From: an uncultured Gammaproteobacteria bacterium
GTDB taxonomy: Bacteria > Pseudomonadota > Gammaproteobacteria > Pseudomonadales > JAHEGP01
NCBI GenBank assembly: GCA_963722805.1
Contig: CAVROQ010000010.1
Coordinates: 38,915-102,914, forward strand
DNA length: 64,000 bases
Direction: 5' to 3'
Below, piece by piece: positions 57,941 to 64,000 of this stretch. Under the pieces are notes generated by a model. That model had not been told where the DNA came from and ran no database searches. It worked only from the letters and a program-made list of their open reading frames with translations. Both the position numbers and the translations under genes were made by a program. The stretch's first letter is position 1. Each line of letters begins with the position of its first letter.

Positions 57941-59245
57941 TCAATCCTCTGGTGCAGCTCTAGCGGCCGTTTCCTGGGTTTCGTATACCACAAAAGGTTC
58001 CGAGTCGCCCTTGATGACCGACTCATCTATTACGACTTTGCTGACGTTCTCTTCCGAGGGAATCCGATACATGGAGTCAAGCAATACCGATTCAAGGATG
58101 GAGCGCAATCCTCGAGCACCGGTTTTTCGCTCCATTGCCTTTACCGCGATAGCACGCAACCCATCTTCGCGAAAATCTACTTCGACGTCTTCCATGTCAA
58201 ACAATTTGGCATATTGCTTGGTCAGGGCATTGCGCGGCTCGGTCAAGATACGCACCAGGGCCTCCTCGTCGAGTTCTTCGAGAGTTGCAATCACTGGCAG
58301 GCGGCCAACAAATTCCGGTATCAAACCGTAGCGTACGAGATCTTCGGGCTCAAGGTCGTGCAAGACCTCGCCGATGTTCTTACTGTTTTCCTTGCTTTTC
58401 ACCTCGGCGCTAAAGCCAATTCCGCCCTTCTCAGAGCGATCGCGTATAACTTTCTCCAGCCCGGCAAACGCCCCACCGCATATAAACAGAATATTGGACG
58501 TATCAACCTGGAGGAATTCCTGTTGTGGGTGCTTGCGCCCGCCCTGTGGCGGTACGGATGCCACAGTTCCCTCAATAAGCTTGAGTAGCGCCTGTTGGAC
58601 GCCTTCACCCGACACATCACGGGTAATTGACGGATTGTCGGACTTGCGCGATATCTTGTCGATTTCATCTATGTAAACGATGCCCATTTGGGCCCGTTCA
58701 ACATCGTAGTCGCATTTCTGCAACAATTTCTGGATGATGTTTTCGACGTCCTCCCCCACATAACCGGCCTCGGTCAGGGTGGTGGCATCTGCGATAGTGA
58801 ACGGCACATCGAGCAAACGCGCCAGGGTTTCCGCCAGCAGGGTCTTGCCGCTACCGGTGGGACCGACCAGCAGTATGTTGCTCTTGCCCAGTTCAACCAG
58901 GCTGTCGCCCTTAGCTTTTCCCTTCGACTTTTCCTCATAGCGCAGGCGCTTGTAATGATTGTAAACCGCAACCGCCAGCACTTTTTTGGCGCGGGTCTGG
59001 CCGATCACGTAATCGTCGAGAATGTTGCTGATCTCCTGGGGAGTCGGCAGGGTCTCGCGTGAGCCATCAGAACCGCTCTCCTGCACCTCTTCCCGGATAA
59101 TGTCGTTGCACAGGTCGACGCATTCATCACAGATAAACACAGACGGTCCGGCGATCAACTTTCTCACCTCATGCTGGCTTTTACCGCAAAATGAGCAGTA
59201 CAAGAGCTTGCCCTTGTCTTCGCTGCCTCGCGTGTCGTCAACCAT
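57941..59245 (-). CDS. clpX: ATP-dependent Clp protease ATP-binding subunit ClpX
   Basis: 434 aa. The zinc-finger is [30 protein letters not shown] and the Walker A is [11 protein letters not shown]. The IGF-like loop region is also present. Confidence 0.98.
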   Translation of the reverse strand: MVDDTRGSEDKGKLLYCSFCGKSQHEVRKLIAGPSVFICDECVDLCNDIIREEVQESGSDGSRETLPTPQEISNILDDYVIGQTRAKKVLAVAVYNHYKRLRYEEKSKGKAKGDSLVELGKSNILLVGPTGSGKTLLAETLARLLDVPFTIADATTLTEAGYVGEDVENIIQKLLQKCDYDVERAQMGIVYIDEIDKISRKSDNPSITRDVSGEGVQQALLKLIEGTVASVPPQGGRKHPQQEFLQVDTSNILFICGGAFAGLEKVIRDRSEKGGIGFSAEVKSKENSKNIGEVLHDLEPEDLVRYGLIPEFVGRLPVIATLEELDEEALVRILTEPRNALTKQYAKLFDMEDVEVDFREDGLRAIAVKAMERKTGARGLRSILESVLLDSMYRIPSEENVSKVVIDESVIKGDSEPFVVYETQETAARAAPED

Positions 59246-59348
59246 GCAGTCTGCACCTCTGGATTTTTAATCGAAACTTAAAGATGGAGATTTTTAAAGC
59301 ATTTTGCAAGCCCCTTTTTCCCAGCTTGCAAATTAATCGCCAAAAACC

Positions 59349-59990
59349 TCAGCTTTCCCGATGCTCCAAAACTTCATCAATGAGCCCGTATTCTTTGGAC
59401 CGCTGGGCGTCCATAAAGTTGTCCCGCTCGGTATCTCGGCGAATCGACTCTATGTCTTGCCCGGTATGCTCGGCCATCAACTGGTTGAGTTTTTCCCGGA
59501 TGATCAGGATCTCGCGCGCTGCTATGTCGATATCAGTCGCCTGACCCTGGGCACCGCCACTAGGCTGGTGAATCATGGTGCGCGCGTTAGGTAGCGCATA
59601 GCGCTTGCCCTTGGTGCCACCCCCCAGCAGAAAAGCGCCCATGCTGGCCGCCTGGCCGATACACATGGTGCTGATATCCGGCTTGATGAATTTCATCGTA
59701 TCGTAAATTGCAAGCCCGGCAGTCACCGAACCTCCCGGGGAATTAATATATAGATGAATATCCTTGTCGGGATTCTCTGACTCCAGGAAAAGCAGCTGGG
59801 CTACTACCAGATTGGCCATGTGGTCTTCAATCGGGCCGACGATAAACACCACGCGCTCTTTCAGCAGGCGCGAATAGATGTCATAGGATCGCTCCCCGCG
59901 GGCAGACTGCTCCACCACCATTGGAACCAATCCAATGCCCCTTTCTTCTAGTGCTGTGTAACCACCGGGTTTAATCACCTGTTTCTCCAA
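59349..59990 (-). CDS. clpP: ATP-dependent Clp protease proteolytic subunit ClpP
   Basis: 213 aa. [28 protein letters not shown] is present. The catalytic Ser lies in GQAASMGA and the His in MIHQP. Confidence 0.98.
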   Translation of the reverse strand: MEKQVIKPGGYTALEERGIGLVPMVVEQSARGERSYDIYSRLLKERVVFIVGPIEDHMANLVVAQLLFLESENPDKDIHLYINSPGGSVTAGLAIYDTMKFIKPDISTMCIGQAASMGAFLLGGGTKGKRYALPNARTMIHQPSGGAQGQATDIDIAAREILIIREKLNQLMAEHTGQDIESIRRDTERDNFMDAQRSKEYGLIDEVLEHRES

Positions 59991-60101
59991 TGTAGGAACC
60001 AGTCAAAATACTCACTTGAACATAATTAACGGCTCGGTATAAAGCAAGCCTGAGACCTCAGTACAAGCAGGTTGAGATCTATCCAACTTAGCGGTTTCGC
60101 C

Positions 60102-61466
60102 TTATCCCTTATCGGGACTCTGCTCTCCTGCGGCATCATCACCATCGGTGACGGATTCGGCAGCAGGTGCCGGCGCAACCGCCTGCTCATAGCTTTGGGG
60201 CTGCTCAGTGATGGTGGCCGTTGACATGATCTTGTCGACAGCTTCATCTTCCAGAACCGCCGACTCAACTGAGCGCAGCAGTTCCTCGTTGCCATAGTAA
60301 TAGTTCACAACTTCGGCGGGGTCCTGGTAAGTCGCAGCAATTTCTTCCACCATCGCCCGGACTTTGGCAGGGTCCGCCTTCAACGCCTCGGTCTTGATCA
60401 ACTCTCCAAGAATCAAGCCCAATGACACTCTCCGCTGTGCTTGCTCTTTGAACATATCGTCTGGCAGGATTGATGCGTCGAACTGCGCTGCGGCTTCACC
60501 AAACTGCTGCAACATCTGCTTCCGCAGCACTTCAATTTCACCACCCACCAGGGCTGCCGGCAGCTGCACATCATGCATGTCGATCAGTTGATCCATCACC
60601 TGCTGCTTTACCTTGTTAGATACCGCTTTTTTCAATTCGCGGCGCATGTTGTCGGCTACCTGCTGACGAAACTCCTCTTCGCCCCCCTCCGAGACACCAT
60701 ATCGGGCAAAGAATTCCGCATTCAGCTGCGCAGGCTTATGTTCCTTGACTTCGTTGACACGAATGGCAAATTCCACCGCCGCGCCTTTAAGATCTTCGTT
60801 GTGGTAATCCTCCGGGAAACTCAGCGCAAGGGTCTTTTCGTCGCCTGCAACCAGACCGACAATACCGTCCTCGAATCCTGGAATCATACGCCCCGAGCCA
60901 AGCACCAGATCAGTGCCTTCTGCGCTGCCGCCATCAAATGGCTCGCCATCCCGGGTGCCGCGGTAGTCAATATTGACCTCGTCGTCTTTGGCTGCAGCGC
61001 GCTGCACCGCCTCGAATACGCCTTGCTGCTTTCGAAACACCTCGATCATGCGATCGATATCTGCATCTTCAACTTCGGCGACCGCCTTGTTCACGTTAAT
61101 AGTCGCCAGGTCTCCCAGGCTTATCTCGGGATAGATCTCGAAGGTAGCAACGTATTTCAGATCCTTGCCGGGGGTCATTTCCTTGGGTTCAATTTTGGGT
61201 TGACCAGCCGGCTGCAATTCTTCCTTCATCACCGCCTCGTAGAAAGTTTGGCTCATCACTTCACCGACAACTTCCTGACGCACACCATTGCCATAGCGCT
61301 GGCGAATGACCTTCATCGGCACTTTGCCGGGCCTAAAGCCATCGATGCGCACCGTACCTGCGGCTTTTTGCAGGCGTTTGTCGATTTCCTGCTCGATCCG
61401 TTCGGCGGGCACTCCAATCGTCAGTCTACGTTCCAGACCGGTGGTTGTTTCAATGGAAACCTGCAT
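60102..61466 (-). CDS. tig: Trigger factor (ribosome-associated chaperone / PPIase), with an acidic C-terminal tail
   Basis: MQVSIETTTGLERRLTIGVPAERIEQEIDKRLQKAAGTVRIDGFRPGKVPMKVIRQRYG matches the trigger-factor N-terminus. An FKBP domain follows. The roughly 25-residue C-terminal extension is Ala/Asp/Glu-rich. Confidence 0.96.
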   Translation of the reverse strand: MQVSIETTTGLERRLTIGVPAERIEQEIDKRLQKAAGTVRIDGFRPGKVPMKVIRQRYGNGVRQEVVGEVMSQTFYEAVMKEELQPAGQPKIEPKEMTPGKDLKYVATFEIYPEISLGDLATINVNKAVAEVEDADIDRMIEVFRKQQGVFEAVQRAAAKDDEVNIDYRGTRDGEPFDGGSAEGTDLVLGSGRMIPGFEDGIVGLVAGDEKTLALSFPEDYHNEDLKGAAVEFAIRVNEVKEHKPAQLNAEFFARYGVSEGGEEEFRQQVADNMRRELKKAVSNKVKQQVMDQLIDMHDVQLPAALVGGEIEVLRKQMLQQFGEAAAQFDASILPDDMFKEQAQRRVSLGLILGELIKTEALKADPAKVRAMVEEIAATYQDPAEVVNYYYGNEELLRSVESAVLEDEAVDKIMSTATITEQPQSYEQAVAPAPAAESVTDGDDAAGEQSPDKG

Positions 61467-61539
61467 GTAAATACCTCGAATTCAATACCCTGACCCAGCC
61501 GACCCTGCCTGCTGGTTGCGATGATGACAAGTCAATGAA

Positions 61540-61624
61540 TGGTGCGGGTGGGGAGACTCGAACTCCCACGCCTTGCGGCACCAGAACCTAAATCTGGCGT
61601 GTATACCAATTTCACCACACCCGC
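61540..61624 (-). tRNA. tRNA-Leu (anticodon UAG), with encoded CCA
   Basis: The minus strand reads GCGGGTGTGGTGAAATTGGTATACACGCCAGATTTAGGTTCTGGTGCCGCAAGGCGTGGGAGTTCGAGTCTCCCCACCCGCACCA. The fold shows:
- a 7-bp acceptor stem;
- a 3-bp D stem;
- anticodon stem CCAGA/TCTGG with loop TTTAGGT;
- a long variable arm;
- T arm GGGAG-TTCGAGT-CTCCC. Confidence 0.95.
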
Positions 61625-61803
61625 GCACGCTGACGTAAACTTTCAAACAGAAGCAGACCACATTCTAATGTAATTTCTTAGAATGTGTTGGTATCTCGTT
61701 GAAATAAAATGCTCTTATAGACAATTCTGATCATGAACGAGCGTCGACAAGCGCTGCATTTTGCCACAATGTACAGGCCCGTTCAACAGCAGATACCAGC
61801 CAT

Positions 61804-63135
61804 TCAGCCGGGTCTTGCTACAAGCACGGTCGCAGGCCCATCCCCACTCTGACCGACGCATATCGACACCATCGCCGCCGGCACCAGGCAGGCTTGCTCT
61901 GGCGACAACAGACAATCGCCGACCATCACCTCTCCCTCGACCGCCATCACCAGCACATAACTGCCATCCAGCTCAATGCAATGCCTACTTTCATGCTGCA
62001 ATATCCAACGTTGCACCTCAAAGTCGGCAAAATCGACAATTCTCTCTACCAGAACACCGTCGCCCTGGTAACACACCGTAAAGGGCTCCTGAGCTTCAGG
62101 TTCCAGGGTCATCAAAGCAACCCCTTCGTCGGTATCCCAGTGCTGCTGAGTCAGTACTTTCTGAGCAAATGATAGAATTTTACGCTCGTAAACCGGAGTC
62201 TGAAATTCCACCGTCCTCACCCCATGCTGCAAGGCGTGAGGCGTGTAACATGGCACCTTGACGACGTCCCCGACCCGCAGCGGCATAAGCTGCGTGAAAG
62301 CTTCCATCTCTCCTCTCAATCTGCGCTCCTCGCTTAGCAGCGCTATATCCAGGGACTGCTGCCAGGCCATTATCTGGTCCGGCGACAGCGGTGCATTCAG
62401 CGCGATACCCTGCTCTTCTCGCCTGAGGTCAAGTGCTGCGTCGATTTTGCGACGCACAAGCTCGTAAGCGCCAACGCTTGCGCGGTAAGCGGCCTTGAAA
62501 TCGGTTTCATCGGGGTAATTCGAACGCACTCGGGGGTCGAAGCCAAACCGGATAGCACCGGTGCCGTCCGGCCAGGCAGCCTCGTCAACATGGGTCACCA
62601 CATAAACTTCGCGCTTTTCTTCATGCAGTTCGAAGTAGAGATCTCCCCACACCACCGCGGGTAGCGGATCAAGAATCTTCAGCAACACCAACTCCCGCGG
62701 CCCGCCGGTTAGCCAGGGTGCCAGGGTTTCCAGCACCCAGGGTAAAGGCACTGATTCGCCAGCCGAGGCCGCAACGCCGCAAACGCCTCGCTGCTCCACA
62801 CCGGTGTACCAAATTTCCTGGCCCCAGGGTTTGGGAATATGGACTCGGTCCAGCCGCAGCGGACTAAGCAGGGAGAAACTGCCAATGGCTTGGCTATCCG
62901 GGCCGGCACCTCGAAAGGATAATGCTGCGGGCGCCAGACCGGTGGGTAGTCGCTGCAGGGTAACCAAGAGCTCGAAATACGTTATCGGCTTATCCGGCAG
63001 CCAGTAGCAATCAAGCTCAACCAGGCAGCTGATACGGTGTGTTTCGCCTACTGTCGTCGCGCCAAGCCTGTTTGCCTGTTGCTCAATCCAGCCCCCCACC
63101 TTTGCCGCAGCAAGCGTTTCCATTGCCATCCTCAC
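61804..63135 (-). CDS. Cupin-fold protein, type I phosphomannose isomerase-like core with an extra N-terminal domain of about 100 aa
   Basis: 443 aa. The motifs IPKPWGQEIWYTG, LLKILDPL, FELHEEKREVYVV and VPCYTPHALQHGVRTVEFQTP are arranged as in bacterial PMI-type cupins but are divergent. The gene lies 25 nt downstream of the GH84-like gene. Confidence 0.45.
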   Translation of the reverse strand: MRMAMETLAAAKVGGWIEQQANRLGATTVGETHRISCLVELDCYWLPDKPITYFELLVTLQRLPTGLAPAALSFRGAGPDSQAIGSFSLLSPLRLDRVHIPKPWGQEIWYTGVEQRGVCGVAASAGESVPLPWVLETLAPWLTGGPRELVLLKILDPLPAVVWGDLYFELHEEKREVYVVTHVDEAAWPDGTGAIRFGFDPRVRSNYPDETDFKAAYRASVGAYELVRRKIDAALDLRREEQGIALNAPLSPDQIMAWQQSLDIALLSEERRLRGEMEAFTQLMPLRVGDVVKVPCYTPHALQHGVRTVEFQTPVYERKILSFAQKVLTQQHWDTDEGVALMTLEPEAQEPFTVCYQGDGVLVERIVDFADFEVQRWILQHESRHCIELDGSYVLVMAVEGEVMVGDCLLSPEQACLVPAAMVSICVGQSGDGPATVLVARPG

Positions 63136-63160
63136 TAATCTGTCCAGGAGATCGCCCTGA

Positions 63161-64000
63161 CTAATCCGTCAGGCATGCCGGGTCAAAGCTGTAGTCGCCC
63201 TGCAGCCAGCCAAGTATTTCATCCGCAAAGGGATGGTCAAACACGCCATATTCCTTGACCAGACGCTGCTGCCGAGCGGAGTCGATTGCATCCAGACCTT
63301 CATCATTAAAAAGAATCAGGTCGCGCTGCAATAAGCTGCCCAGGGCTCGGGGAACGGTGCGGCCCAGTGCCTGCTCAAAATCAGGGGCAGGCGAGAGACA
63401 TGTCGGCATGGTACACAATGCCACGCGTGATAGGCAGGCCTGGTTCATCGGGTTTGCCAAATGGCCACGTGACCATTGCCGGATATCCGCGGGGCGCCCA
63501 CAAAATGGCCGCAGGTTCAAGCGGCGACTCATCTTGGCGCCATCGTTGACCGGGTAATTGTCCCATAACACCGGTGCTCGCTGCATCGCCTCAGTAATAG
63601 CCGAGACACTTTCCCGGCTGAAACGCTCAGAGCAGACTCGCTCACCCGTCCAGAAAAAGTCTATTGCAGAATCCAACTCACGGCCCAATTGATGCCAATA
63701 GCGCTGCGGCATGGCACCAAAAACCCGCTCCAACACCGGATCATCGCTATAAAAAGTCGGACACATAATAATCCGCGATGCGCTGCTGCGGCTGGCAATA
63801 TCTTCTACCATTCTCACCTGCAATCGGGCCAGGTTGGGCACATCACCACGCATATCATCAAACAGAACACACAGAATATCGGGACGCAGCTGGTCGATGG
63901 CAGCGAGTTTGGGCTCCAGGCGCTCCAGGGTGCGGGAACTATAATCGATATACGCATCCAGCGGCGAGAGGCCAAGCCCCCATTGGACCTTGCAGTCACG
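63161..64000 (-). CDS. GH84-like beta-N-acetylglucosaminidase (O-GlcNAcase family), C-terminal ~280 codons; 5' end lies outside the window
   Basis: The reading frame is open to position 64000. ILCVLFDDMRGD matches the GH84 LFDDI catalytic Asp-Asp region. Downstream, VLWDNYPVNDG matches the WDNxPVND(Y) motif. Confidence 0.55.
   Translation of the reverse strand, partial: RDCKVQWGLGLSPLDAYIDYSSRTLERLEPKLAAIDQLRPDILCVLFDDMRGDVPNLARLQVRMVEDIASRSSASRIIMCPTFYSDDPVLERVFGAMPQRYWHQLGRELDSAIDFFWTGERVCSERFSRESVSAITEAMQRAPVLWDNYPVNDGAKMSRRLNLRPFCGRPADIRQWSRGHLANPMNQACLSRVALCTMPTCLSPAPDFEQALGRTVPRALGSLLQRDLILFNDEGLDAIDSARQQRLVKEYGVFDHPFADEILGWLQGDYSFDPACLTD

Noticed and set aside
57818-58588. 256-aa plus-strand ORF.
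   Set aside because: It is antisense to clpX and spans the clpX-lon spacer. It is a shadow frame with no recognisable family.
60573-61493. 306-aa plus-strand ORF.
   Set aside because: It lies entirely antisense to the trigger factor gene and has a low-complexity, stop-poor composition typical of a shadow frame. The tig identification on the opposite strand is unambiguous.
1-64000. CRISPR arrays, rRNA genes, prophage or integrase genes, IS transposases, toxin-antitoxin pairs and known defence systems.
   Set aside because: I scanned for regularly spaced direct repeats and for hallmark motifs in all ORFs of 60 aa or more. None was found. The only repeat-bounded element is the 164-bp MITE-like insertion.

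Overview
This is a chromosomal segment of a gammaproteobacterium. Gene content and order resemble Pseudomonas/Cellvibrionales-type genomes, and the window is almost fully coding.

**Left end:** two divergent type II secretion operons, gspE-gspF on the minus strand and gspC-gspD on the plus strand. These are followed by sohB, an unknown membrane protein, a FimL-like Hpt scaffold, the conserved methyltransferase-rnhA-dnaQ / gloB / mltD block, and a YejABEF-type peptide ABC importer with two separate ATPases.

**Centre (about 20.4-32.2 kb):** this is the least conventional part and my best candidate for an undescribed system. On the minus strand it holds:
- a ThDP enzyme behind an 850-bp ORF-free leader;
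- a TonB-dependent receptor translationally coupled to two divergent citrate-synthase-fold proteins that lack the canonical catalytic His;
- an orphan PF04392-like periplasmic binding protein;
- a 1500-aa protein containing a complete HK-REC-Hpt-REC phosphorelay fused to GGDEF-EAL.

**Right half:** mostly housekeeping genes. These are cobB, an LMW-PTP, rsuA, rsmC, a DAHP synthase, nfuA, metH, cysI plus DUF934, a CPA2 antiporter, yceI, etfBA and ETF-QO, DUF1285, serA, and the classical ppiD-hupB-lon-clpX-clpP-tig string. They are followed by tRNA-Leu(UAG) and a cupin/PMI-like plus GH84-like gene pair at the right edge.

**Lesions read directly from the sequence:** an nhaB relic, a C-terminal relic of a YhdH/AcuI-type oxidoreductase, and single-base frameshifts that split mltD and rsuA. 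A 164-bp MITE-like element with an 11-bp target duplication sits exactly on the gloB stop codon.

I found no rRNA, CRISPR array, prophage, transposase or recognisable defence genes. All family calls come from reading motifs by eye; no database search was run.
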